The translations under genes were made by a program, and so were the position numbers. A stretch of DNA of 64,000 nucleotides from assembly GCF_003704095.1 (NCBI RefSeq), contig NW_020845410.1, positions 620,001 to 684,000 on the forward strand, written 5' to 3'. The notes under the pieces were generated by a model. It saw only the letters and a list, made by a program, of their open reading frames with translations. It made no database searches and was not told the DNA's origin. Of this stretch, positions 52,878-64,000 are shown piece by piece (position 1 is the first letter of the stretch; each line of letters opens with the position of its first letter). This stretch comes from Pocillopora damicornis. Its lineage: Eukaryota.

Positions 52878-55800
52878 CTATGTGGAGCCTTGAATGATCT
52901 TTCTTATTCTCTCTGAGTCGTTCTTCAGGTCTACGTTTTTAGGGTCAAGCTTGAGGGCTGATTCATAGTCTTGAAGAGCTGAAAGAAAATAAATTAAGAA
53001 AACAAAGATAATGAAACCAAGGTCGATACTAATGTTTGGGGCCTTCCTACTGCAAAATTCTTCTAATCTCTGTTCTGATGTTGTTTCACGTTCAATGAAA
53101 AAACAAAACAAAACAAAACAAAAGAGAAAAAAGCTGATAACCCATTTAAAAGATATGACAGAGTTGCTACTGCGAAAGCTGGTGCTCTTTTAGGGTCTGT
53201 CAACTCCTTAATTTTTTTCTTTAAGGGCGGCTGTACACTGTTATTCTGTGACCGAATCATCTGCTTAGTGGCAGTCTATGCAATGATTTATAACACGACC
53301 TCGCACTTTAACCAAACGATTTCTTCAAAAAGCTGTCGTTACACACAAAAAAAAGGCGTGTATCATACACAAAAACTATAACGTCAGAAATTCCAAACAC
53401 TGGCGAATAATGGAGCCCTTTCTTGTTTAATCATTCAAGTGTAAATTACGGTCAGAAATCTCCAAGTTTACTATAATTTCCGAGGTTATATGAAAACCGC
53501 AATGAAAACCCGTTTACTCACCCAGCACGTATTCTTGTAATTGCATGTACGCGGTCCCTCGTCTGACATGCGCTTTACATCTGGAAGCACAATTGGCCGG
53601 AACCGGAGGAACAAGGAGTTCTAGTGACTGTAGAACGAACGTCATCAGAAGTAAACTCAAATGAAATAAAACTCACTTTGTACTAAAAAATAGAAGCTGA
53701 AAATTTGACGAGAATCTTACACTTGTACAGTCTTGAATGCACTCTTTGTACTGTTTCAATTGAAGATGACATGCAGCACGGTTAGAGTATAACCTTCACA
53801 AAGTCAAGGAGAGAATCTCATTTTCATCCGAGTATTTTGCTACACCCCGTATTTGTCTAAGTTGTCGCATCCACGTTACAAAAACACCCGTGATTATATT
53901 TCTTTTAATTAAAAGGCGTTCTTATTTGTGTAACAAGTAGTTCAACAACTGACGAAAAAGACGTGATAAAAAAAATATACAAACAAAAACAAAAACAAGG
54001 CGAATCTTTTTTCTTCCTCAGCCACCGTTTCCCTTCTCCCCCTATGTCCAACGTTTTCTCATTAAGATGATACGGTGCTCTTTTTGAATTTGTTACGATC
54101 TTAATATTTTGGTTAACTTGTCTTATTATTATCTTTGAACTTTTTCTAAGACCAGAGTAAGTTTATCTTTGGGTGATTTGCGAAAATAGTGAGTTCATAG
54201 TCTTTATATCTAAGTAGTTCTTCCAGAAAGTGTTTCAATCTCTCTCGCAAAGCTTTCCTCCTTACAACTAATTGCTATCAAATATAAGATGGGGAAGTAT
54301 TCTAAGAACTGTTTTTTGAGCTCCTCTTTTGAACTGAGCTAAGGAGAGAAAGGTAACAGACGGTTTGGGACTGGGAAAGAGTGTGATAGCAAACTAGTTT
54401 TCTTCAGTTAAAGGATACGATGGTATTGAGTCATCCAGTACGATGGCTGCTGTGAATGCATTGATAGCCGCTACAAAGTTTCCAGCCTTGTAAAACCCAC
54501 TGCCAACGGAACGTCAAAAACATAAAATTAAGAGAAATTTCACTATAAATTTGATTCACTGAACGGAGTTAGTACTTTTAAAGTACTTTTTAAGTTCGAT
54601 AAAATTCGACTTAATGAATATTAAAAGTAAAAGGAAAAAAATTCAGATAAGTAATATTCAGCAGTTTTGATCATTTGCACTGGTTTCAGGGTGTTTGCTT
54701 AATTTCAACTTTGAGCTTGTGTGGTTTGTTGTGATACTTATGGATTTGGTTTCAAAACATTCTACTGTGATATGCTCTGATCATACCTCCCTCCTGTGAT
54801 GAAGTTTGTTCTTTTCTTCCTTTCTTTTCTTTGCTCATTTGTCCATTTTTGTTGTATGTTTTATACCAGTTAAGATATCATTTACCCTGTCTTCATTGTA
54901 ACCCTTTTAGCCCTAGAAGTGACTGTCTTTTAATTTTCTCCCTAACAGAATCATGGCTGAATCAAACAACAAAGTCATGAGAATTAAGAGAATGATCACT
55001 GATTAAAGAAGCTCTAGATTTTTCTACAAATTCTCATTCACAATCCATAGGAAATATCTAGAGGACAGTCTGGAGAATATGTAACTATACTGATGTTGGG
55101 ATGTAAAGGGAGCAAACTCACATTCCTTTGTCTTTTAACCACACTGGGTTCATTTCTTCCATATCAACAGCATCAGTGTTGGTAGTATCTGTTTTTCGGC
55201 TTGCACCAGCCATCTTTTTCAGCCACTATGAACAAAAACAAATCTTCATGTTTAACCACTGAACAGAAAGGATTGGATCCTCACAAATTCTAATGGTGTC
55301 AAATGTCTGATCCCTAAGTTAAGGGTCAACTCTTTAATTGGAAATATTTCATTAATTTTCATCTCACACCCTATACTATGAAATGTGAGATGCTTAGACC
55401 AATGCAAGACCTGAGAGGCAGGGGAGGAGGGGGTGTGGGGTTGTGGTGGTGGATGGTCTGTTTCAGAGTTACAGAGCTGTACACTGTAGAATAGCTTCTT
55501 AATGAACATTACATGATTATCATAAGAAACTGGAGTAGAAGCAATCACACACAAACAAAAATAAAAACTGGAGGAAGATTGTGACTTACAGATTAAACTG
55601 ACAATAAAGATGAGTTACCTCTTCTTCTTCTGGTGCTTTGGATTCTCTTGCAGCTGTTTTGAAAACACGAGGAGTGAATGACACTGAAATGGAGCCAGAT
55701 ACCCTTGGCTCTGGAACTGCCTTTTCAAGGAAGTCTTTCTTTTTTTCTAAAGATGGAGACTACATTGTCAGAACAACAAACTGGAGCAAGGTAACTAAAG

Positions 55801-56962
55801 AGTATCATTCAAATAAATGCATGTGCATGGTTAGTAAACAACAGATATCAAAGAAAAGGAAACAAGAGATTATGAGAAGGTTTAAAAAGCTACCTTCATT
55901 TTCTACCAATCCCCTTAATTTTGTAGCGGGTAACACCATAAAAATTGACAGTCGTACCATTTGTCCTTTCTTTGTTGTAAGGAGCCATTTTCTTTGTAGC
56001 TGGTTTTAGAAGTGGCTCTTGATACTCTCCCACCTCTAGGTCAGCTTTTGTTGCAGACATGTTGGTGTCTTCATATTGATTTACATTACTGTTCGAAGTG
56101 ACTTTTTCTTCTTCTATGCTTGTAGGCTGCAATTTTTGATTTTCTTTCCATCTTTCAATGGCCTTAGTTGCCTTTTTACGTTCTTCCTCCTTTATGGCAT
56201 CTATTCTAGCTCTTTCTTCCTGTTCCAGCTGACATTTACACAAACACAAGAAGTTTTAGTCTTTTGTTAATAAAGAACTCTGTCTTGATTAATTTTGGTC
56301 TGAAATTATACTTGTGATCTTACATTGGACTTGCACAGGGCATTTGGAAATCACGCACGTCATTTCAGACCAAACTGCTCTAAAATCAGTTCAAAGGAAA
56401 ACTAGTGCTATGCATGATCGCTATCTCTACAGAATTTCAATACACCAAACCTTCATCTGTTCTTGAAGTGCCAATTTTTCTTGTTCTCGTTTCTCAGCTG
56501 CTTTTCTTTGCTTTTCTTTTTCAGCTCTCTCGTGCGCCTTACCAACAGCTTCCTCTCGTTTCTTTCTCATGAATTCTTTGTCCTCTGATTCTGATGCATG
56601 TAACTGATTCCATTTGGATGAGCTCTTCTTTAATAATTGAAACTTGACAACTCCACTGCCAAATGTTGCCTTACTCTTAGTATCTTCGACTTCACCGAAC
56701 AGGAAGACTTCAAAGATATACGGAGGATAGCTAGCCTATGGGCGATACTCTATTAATATTTTCTCTTCAATTAAATGTGACATTGGGAACTCTTCCCATT
56801 TCAATCTATCTTGACAGACTGCACACATTCACAACTAACCTTGATATAATCATCAATTGAAAAAATATCCACTCGATTTGACGGCACTCCTTTCAAAGGA
56901 ACAGTAATCAAAACCGTTTCATCTGTTTCCTCCCAAACGTAGTCCTTCACCTGTATCGGCAT
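52878..56962 (-). CDS. DNAAF4: Dynein axonemal assembly factor 4 (DYX1C1): CS/p23 domain + coiled coil + TPRs
   Basis: [13 protein letters not shown]...VPLKGV; [12 protein letters not shown]; [16 protein letters not shown]; TPR motifs [30 protein letters not shown]; the C-terminus is [15 protein letters not shown]...[10 protein letters not shown]. Confidence 0.93.
53794..54418 (-). other. U12-type (minor spliceosome) GT-AG intron in DNAAF4
   Basis: The 5' splice site is |GTATCCTTT. A branch site TCCTTGAC is followed by tttgtgaag| with no polypyrimidine tract. The join TC|G gives [11 protein letters not shown] in frame. Confidence 0.85.
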
Positions 56963-57106
56963 TTTTGCTTACTACTTCTCCTAAATCATTGCAAAATTAT
57001 CATCTCGTAGTCGTCCATCTTTGTGTCTCAAATACAAAATCTTGCAGGCGCGTTTCTAAGCAGTTCCCAGATCTCTTACAACTCTTATTTCGCGCCAACT
57101 TCAAAG

Positions 57107-59078
57107 ATGGCGGACAAAAGCGCTCGACGGAAAGTCGGTGTCGGTGTTGGCGTGTTTATAATCTCATCTGATCACCCTAACTGTGTCATAGTTGGACAGA
57201 GAAAAGGCTCATCAGGAAGTGGGAAGTATGGGTTACCTGGGGGACATTTGGAATTTGGGTGAGAAATATTACTTAGTGTTATAAATTACCGGTAATTGCA
57301 AAATGAACGATTATGTAAGTTATTATCAACCATCCTGCCTATGCTATGAAATGAGCTGATTCCGTTTTAGTGGGAGATGTAGTTAAAAATGCGTCAAGCA
57401 TTGGTTCGAAATGGACCTCTCTCTTGAGAATTTAGTTTTACAGCGCATGCCAGTTGGTGAGGTAGAGAGCCCTAAAAGAACTTCAGACGGGGGTACGGTG
57501 GGAAGCGGGAAGGGTGGGGAGGGGCGTGGGAATAATTAGTAGACTAATAATTTCGCCTCAAATTTATGCTCCAAGCAAAATGAATTGGAGAGTCAATGCA
57601 TTGGTTTATCCTCAAGTTCTTGCTGTACATGATTTACTTGCTTTCTATACTTTTAGTATGTTAATCTTCCTTACTCTTTCACTCATCCACCATAGCTTTT
57701 GGAATAGTCCATCCCATAAAGATATATTATAAAGAAGCTTTGCTTGGATTTTTCCTTGACCCAGAGATAGTTTAACATGGATACAATCAAGATTTTCATT
57801 AAGAGATATATTTACATGAGAATATAGCAAAGTAACACTCTGCAAAACATCTAAAATATCTGCTTTTCAAGGAATTTCGAGTAGTTAACAGTTTAACATG
57901 GATACAATCAAGATTTTCATTAAGAGATATATTTACATGAGAATAGAGCAAAGTAACACTCCACAAAACATCTAAAATATCTGCTTTTCAAGGCATTTTC
58001 ATAAATTCTGGCAGCAAGGAGAACTTTGACTCAGTTTCCAACATTAACCTGTGTAAGGATTCTTTAATTTATCACTCAGCCAGCAATCAGCTGTGAGCCA
58101 GCTGTGATCATATCAAGTTTTCTGAATTTATTAACAGTGAAGAATGGTCTGAATGTGCAGCAAGAGAAACATTAGAGGAAACTGGACTGAAGATTAAGAA
58201 TGTTTCATTTGGAACTGTAGTTAATGCAGTTGTTCCTGAAGAGGATTACCATTACATAACAATTTTCATGAAAGGAGAAATTGATAACAGCCAGGCAAAA
58301 GAACCAGAGAACCTGGAACCAGACAAGTGTGAAGGTGAGGGGAGAAAGAAAACATCTACTCTTCAGCTAGAAAGCAAACCCTGCCAGAAATTATATCAGT
58401 TTATGTAACACAAAGCTTGGACTTATGTCTCTCTTTTTGCGATGAACAGAATGTCATTCCTTCTGAAGGTTACCCCCAATTTTTGTCCAGTTTCTGCATC
58501 AGTTTGCAGGAGGTCTTACCCAAACCACAGTTTTACGTAATCAGCGGGCCTCAGGCTTTCTTTATAAGTTAAATTCCACTGTTAGCTTTTAGCCCTCTTG
58601 AGGCTGTTCACATAAATAGATGGTTAGATAAAAGGTTCAGCTAAATTGAGGGATTGTTTAGGACACAGCTTTGTTAAACAACAGTTAAGCTTTGTTTAAA
58701 TAATCAGACCTAAGTGTCTTAACCAAGAACACAATGCAGCAACCCAGCCACTTCTTGAACCCAGGCCACTTAATCCACCACTAACCCTCTGCATTTCCCA
58801 TTTTCAAAACTCATTATTGTTATCCTTGCATAAGCAATCAGTCACTTAGTATCTACACAGTACAATAAACAAAGTAAGAGTCTGTAGAAGTGATATAAGT
58901 TGTTAATTATCTATTTGCTTGGTTTTTGTCTTTAGGTTGGGGTTGGTATGACTGGGACTCATTCCCTTCTCCACTCTTTGAACCTCTCAGAATAGCAAGA
59001 CTACAGGGATACCAACCATTTGACAATGAAAAGCATGGTCACATTGACTCTGCACTGTTTAGCATTTGTTCTAATTAG
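57107..59078 (+). CDS. NUDT15: Nudix hydrolase NUDT15 (MTH2)-like, 3 exons (57107-57258, 58138-58334, 58936-59078)
   Basis: VGVGVGV...[46 protein letters not shown] (Nudix box), [32 protein letters not shown]. Confidence 0.9.
57770..57995. repeat. Two near-identical ~105-bp direct repeats (121-bp period) in NUDT15 intron 1
   Basis: gtttaacatggatacaatcaagattttcattaagagatatatttacatgagaata occurs at 57771 and 57892. Confidence 0.9.
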
Positions 59079-59649
59079 AACCATACACAGTGTTCATGAT
59101 ACAAGAGACATCAAACACTGTGTCTTAGTTAATATCATCAAATGCAGAGATGAAATTTCAAAATTAAAAACAACTTAAGTATAAAGATTACATTCTTAAA
59201 AAGAAAAAAGAAAATGACAAAACTATTGCAAGGAATAGTCTCCAGGACTTGAGTAATAAATGAATCTAAGCTCAATACAAGTTATTTTTGTAAGAAAATA
59301 CCATCACTTTTTATGATAAAGGCAAATTCGATTTGCACATAAGCACTTTCTCTGTTGACATTTTTGTGGAAAAATTATCTGATTACCCTTACTACCAGTA
59401 GAGTCTTTTACAATCTTGGCTCTTAAGTTCAAAATAATTGAGTTGAAACTTATTGTTGAGTACTACTCCTCAGCACATTTTTCAAACATTCTGTGTTAAT
59501 ATTAGATAACAGGCTTTGGATAATTTAGAAGTTTTTAACATTGCCATAAATAAAGATGATTTCCAAGCTGTAATGGTCTTTATGTAGTAATTATTGTGAG
59601 CTAACTTGTGAAAATGAATGCCTAGCTTTTTATTGGTTAATTTCCTTTA

Positions 59650-61431
59650 TCAACTAAGCTTTCCATCTGCTCCACCATATGTTAGTGAAGTAAAGTCCAC
59701 TTCATGTCCAAGTGCCGCAGAAATCTCTGATGATAAAAGATCATGAAGATAAACACCATCATGTGTATATATCCAGGAACCATCTTTGAAATCGTACCTC
59801 TTGGGACCACTGAAATTTAACAGAATAGACAGAATTTTAACAATTCTGAGTAATCTCCAAAAAGTTTAAAAAAGAAGTGCATGATGAAAAAAGCTGAGAA
59901 AAGTAAGTTTGTACAAGTAGAGTGAAAAGGTAGACCTAGAGTAAATGTCTCTTGTTTACCTTGTTGGAGAGGACAACCATATTTGTTTGTTAGGGCTTTG
60001 TTTGTTGATCACATAGGTACCACGTCCAGCTGAAAGAACACAATTAAATCAAACCTCTTCTTTTTTTAAGCAAACAATTACATGTATAATATGACTCAGT
60101 TGCCTTTACATATGTCTCAAGCTAGTTCTCAGATACCTCTGGGATAATTTCGAGTTTAATGATATCACTTGGAAAAACCTCACTTCAAAGAGAAGGCAGA
60201 GGAGAGACTTGGAGTTCAAGAATTTTTTAAGAATATGCATATTGGGCAAGGATGAGAATTATCTTTAATTTGTGTAATAAAAACAAAATAATTTTACCTC
60301 CCAAGTTGACTGTTAGGACTCCATCCTAATAAGAAAAAAGAACATGGTGAGCCCTGAGATACTAATTGATTGTAAATTGTTTAATTGTTGTTTTTTTTTT
60401 AATGATGACAAAGTGATTGATATGGTTACCTGAAATAGCTAATATGTTGTTCTGGATTCTTGTTTTGAATTTTCCCAAATTCTTGTTTCTGTGTCCAACA
60501 CTTTAACAAGAATTACAAGGTAATAAACAGGTGATAAACAGCTGAAGAGAAAAGCACCCTGCCATTTTTTAAAATTATTTGACACTTCCAAATAGATCAA
60601 TTCTGGTTCAAGTAGTGGATGGAATTTAAAAAAGAAAATATCCCCTAAATATGCTTGGTTCCTTTTACCTTTTCTCTGACGGAGAAAAATGTCATTAAGG
60701 AAAGTGAATGCTAAGTCACTTTGTGAACCACTGGATTGTGCAATACATGAACATTGATCTATAATAACTCAATTGACACTCACACTCATCTGGACATCAT
60801 AGTCAGCAGGGCTTGATGGGCTTTCACCAAGGTCATCAAATAACTCAGCTATGGCATCCAGTGTCTCATCTGCGATACTGTGGTAAGATAACTCATCTAG
60901 GGTGCTGAAAGTATCAAAGTGCAATTTCCAGTTATCTCTGACATAGAAACAGGCACGGAGAATTTCATATTGTAGGAGTAATTAAAAAAACATATTCTAA
61001 TATTTTACATTGGAATGAACAAACCAGGATACAAACCTTTCGGTACTGAACGCTCTTGTCAGGGGAATCCTTCTTTGGTCGAGCTGAAATTGATCAAATG
61101 TGTTGTGAAAAGTTTGAAAGGAGGTCAATTTGATTGCAAAAGAAACAGCTGGAAATAATAAAAGAAGAAGCTAAACCACGGAAGGTTTCACCTGAAGTCT
61201 TTTCGACAGCAGCCCAACATGTGATCTTCTACTTGCAGACAGAATCAAGCTACTTCTACTGGAAACAACAGAGTAGAATGCCACAGTCCTTACACTAAAG
61301 TTTTTAAGGAAACGAATGCGTCGAAATGCAATCATGGCAGAAACTGTTCCCTTGCCATCGAAATGTCGAAATTGGCCAGGCGTTCTTACTAATTGGGAGA
61401 GAGAGCCTGGGTCCAGAGTTCCCGCGGCCAT
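59650..61431 (-). CDS. FXN: Frataxin, mitochondrial
   Basis: Exons read [25 protein letters not shown]...DYDV / DGVLTVNLG / [21 protein letters not shown] / GPKRYDF...[19 protein letters not shown]. There is an Arg/Ser-rich leader. The start (61431 or 61335) and the first intron are unresolved. Confidence 0.92.
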
Positions 61432-61448
61432 TTTGAAAGTGGCAGAGT

Positions 61449-62642
61449 ATGAAAGTCAAAGTGAAGCGTAAGTGGCCTTTTTCGCGAAACTTTAACCTAA
61501 TTTGACTTTGTTTCATGCTCTATTAGATGGAAATAATTTTTAAATCTTACGTATTTGCAATGTGCTTTTTCTTTTCTCTTATGATATGGCATACTTCTTG
61601 ATCCTGCTGTTGCACGAAAAATTCATCAAATGGCTGATTATTTTAATTTTATCCTTTTGTCACCATTCAGAGTGAGTACAAACAACTTGGCTTTTAACAC
61701 TCCTATTATTCGGAACACATAGCTCTTGAGGCCATTTCGATGTTAAGTGGGAATTAGCAACCATAATTACCTATCATCTGTCGAAAAATTTAGGTGAAAT
61801 GATAGGGGAAGAGTTTTTTTTGTATTAAGAAGATGATTATGTGGGACAGGGAAGGCGAGATTTCCCCTCCTTCATGTTTGGCTAAGGTCTACTGTACTTT
61901 ATTGAAAATTATTAAGATTATTCCCCACTTACCAGCTGTAGTGAAAGTTGTGACCAAAGAACCCTTTCTGTCATTGCCACCCACATTACATGTAACAGTG
62001 TCTAGGATGCATCAGTCCCATGTAGACATGTAGGTTTAAATAATTTTCAAGTAAAATGTAGTACAAAATGGTACTGTTAGTAAGTAGTAATATTAGGCCA
62101 AGAAAACTGGAATAACCTCAAGCCTGTGAATGGCTGTAGCTTGTGAAGGGTTGCTTGATCTTAAATTACCCACTCAGACATAAATGTGATCATGTGTTCC
62201 TTAGGTGGACTGGTGTGGCCACATGGCGCTGGGTTGCCAATGATGACAATTGTGGTATTTGTCGCATGGCATTTGATGGTTGTTGTCCAGACTGCAAGAT
62301 ACCAGGGGATGACTGTCCTTTAGGTAAGATCACAATGTTTTGTTCAAGCAAGCTGCATTACTCTGCAAGTGATGGCATTTTCAGCTCTCACTTCAGGTTA
62401 TGACATAATTGTCGAAATCAATACTTGTAATACAAATATGACTATTCAGGTGATACTTTCTCATGACATGTGATCTTGAACCAGGAGATACCTTTATAAG
62501 ACTCAACTATCCGTTTCCTCTTTCAGTTTGGGGTCGTTGTTCTCATGTCTTTCACATGCACTGTATTCTTAAATGGCTAAACTCGCAGCTGCATCAACAG
62601 CTGTGCCCGATGTGCAGGCAGGAGTGGCAATTCAAGGAATAG
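61449..62642 (+). CDS. ANAPC11: Anaphase-promoting complex subunit 11 (RING-H2), exons 61449-61467, 61671 (1 nt), 62205-62323, 62527-62642
   Basis: The spliced product is MKVKVKQWTGVATWRWVANDDNCGICRMAFDGCCPDCKIPGDDCPLVWGRCSHVFHMHCILKWLNSQLHQQLCPMCRQEWQFKE*. Exon lengths sum to 19+1+119+116=255 nt, i.e. 84 aa plus stop. Confidence 0.93.
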
Positions 62643-63225
62643 ACATGTGCTTCATAAACTACTCACTATTTTAACTGGCTTTTAAGGTTGTTGGTTTGAT
62701 GCCTTGAGAATGGTGTTTGCTCTCTTCAGCTGTTCACGGAGTGAGGAATGGATGCTGATAGATTAGGGGATAGTTAAGAGAACAGGAAGTAACTTTGATC
62801 AGAACTAAAGCACAGTGCAAGTGTGAAGAGGTAGTCCAAAAGCTGACTTGTCTGTCGAAAATAAATTCAGTACACTTCCACATAATGAGCTTATATCTGA
62901 ACTCATCAGGAAATTTGTGCTTTTTTAAAGACAAAACAAAATATCCCTACTTTCATTGTAAATTATCCATGTTTATTTCAAAGATTACAATCTGTAAAAT
63001 GCTTGCTGTGGCTACCTAAGAAAACATTAAATTATTGCAAAACACATTTACATGCTTGTTTTTTCCTTAAGGGGGGCCTGTACACATCATTTACATCCTA
63101 AAAGGTCTTGAAATAACTTTACTCTTAGGGAACACAATTCACACTAGCTTAGGAGGAACAGACCAGCACCACATCAATATTACACTGCAAACAATTCAGT
63201 TTGAGTGAATCACAGTAAGCTCCAT

Positions 63226-64000
63226 TCAATTTGTTCCAGACCAGAACCCTGATCCTTGGTAGCCACCCTGATGACCCTTATTCTGCCCTTGTTTAGGCCC
63301 CTGTCCTTGAGACCCTCTCTGAGATGATCCAGGCTGGCCTGTTTCCATATGATGAGGCATATGGTGGTGGTAGTGGGATGGTGGGTGGTGTTGCTGTACA
63401 GGGGTCATCATTGACATGAATGGGTGTCCTGTATGTGGATAGCTTCCCAAAGGACCATGCTGTCCTGTCATGGACAGATTTAACGCTGGTGGTGGAGGTG
63501 TACCACCCATAAATGGTTTGTTGTCATTGAACTGAAAAAAGGAACAAAGTATTTCACATTACTATAAGCAGAAAAAATGGTCATTACAAACTAAACCACA
63601 TTTGACCCATTAGTTATAGTTGCCTAATGATAAGAGGTTAATATTTGCGATACTGACAAGCACCTAATAATAGAGAATGCCAACACTTGCATAAATGTTA
63701 TTTGTAGGTGGGAATTGAATCTTCCACTGAGTGTATTTGCAAACATTTTATTGTTGGGTCCTTTGACATAACCCTTAACTGTCTTCTAAAGAAAGTGTCA
63801 CAGATAAATAAGAGAAATGTGGCCAAAGAAACATCTGATTACTAACCCAGTGAATTTCCTTCCTTAACAAATAAATAAATTTATCATCATTTACTTTGAA
63901 CACTGCAAATAAACAATATTTTACCTTTCCAACTTGGGGTTTGTAAGAAGCTCCTGAGAGATCTGAAGCACTACTTACAGCTGGACCTGTCAACAGAAAA
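63226..64000 (-). CDS. UBAP2L: 3' exons of UBAP2/UBAP2L (Lingerer)-like protein; gene continues beyond the window
   Basis: SDLSGASYKPQ then FNDNKPFMGGTPPPPALNL...HPFMSMMTPVQQHH...GSSQRG...FWSGTN*. This parallels the UBAP2L C-terminus (GTP..FNL, PFM..TP.QQ.H, GS.QR, terminal W..N). Confidence 0.75.

Overview
This is AT-rich eukaryotic genomic DNA with spliced genes and several N gaps. Gene content, intron structure and repeat families suggest a cnidarian, probably a stony coral (inference). The left half (1-31 kb) is repeat-rich and looks lineage-specific. It holds a 2-exon ankyrin+SOCS-box gene, a MEKK2/3-like MAP3K whose small exons are invisible in the ORF track, an inverted pair of class A GPCRs, and LINE/MITE/Crypton debris. 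The MAP3K has a tandemly duplicated DFG exon and tandemly duplicated linker-exon modules. The right half (31-64 kb) is a compact block of conserved genes: metaxin-1, lamin (with an extra upstream coil-1A exon module), CDK7, DNAAF4/DYX1C1 (with a U12-type intron), NUDT15, frataxin, ANAPC11 and the 3' end of UBAP2/UBAP2L. The most striking observation is in ANAPC11. Its reading frame closes with strong canonical splice sites through a single-nucleotide exon (A at 61671), the same peculiarity reported for plant APC11. All exon models were read by eye and have no transcript support here.
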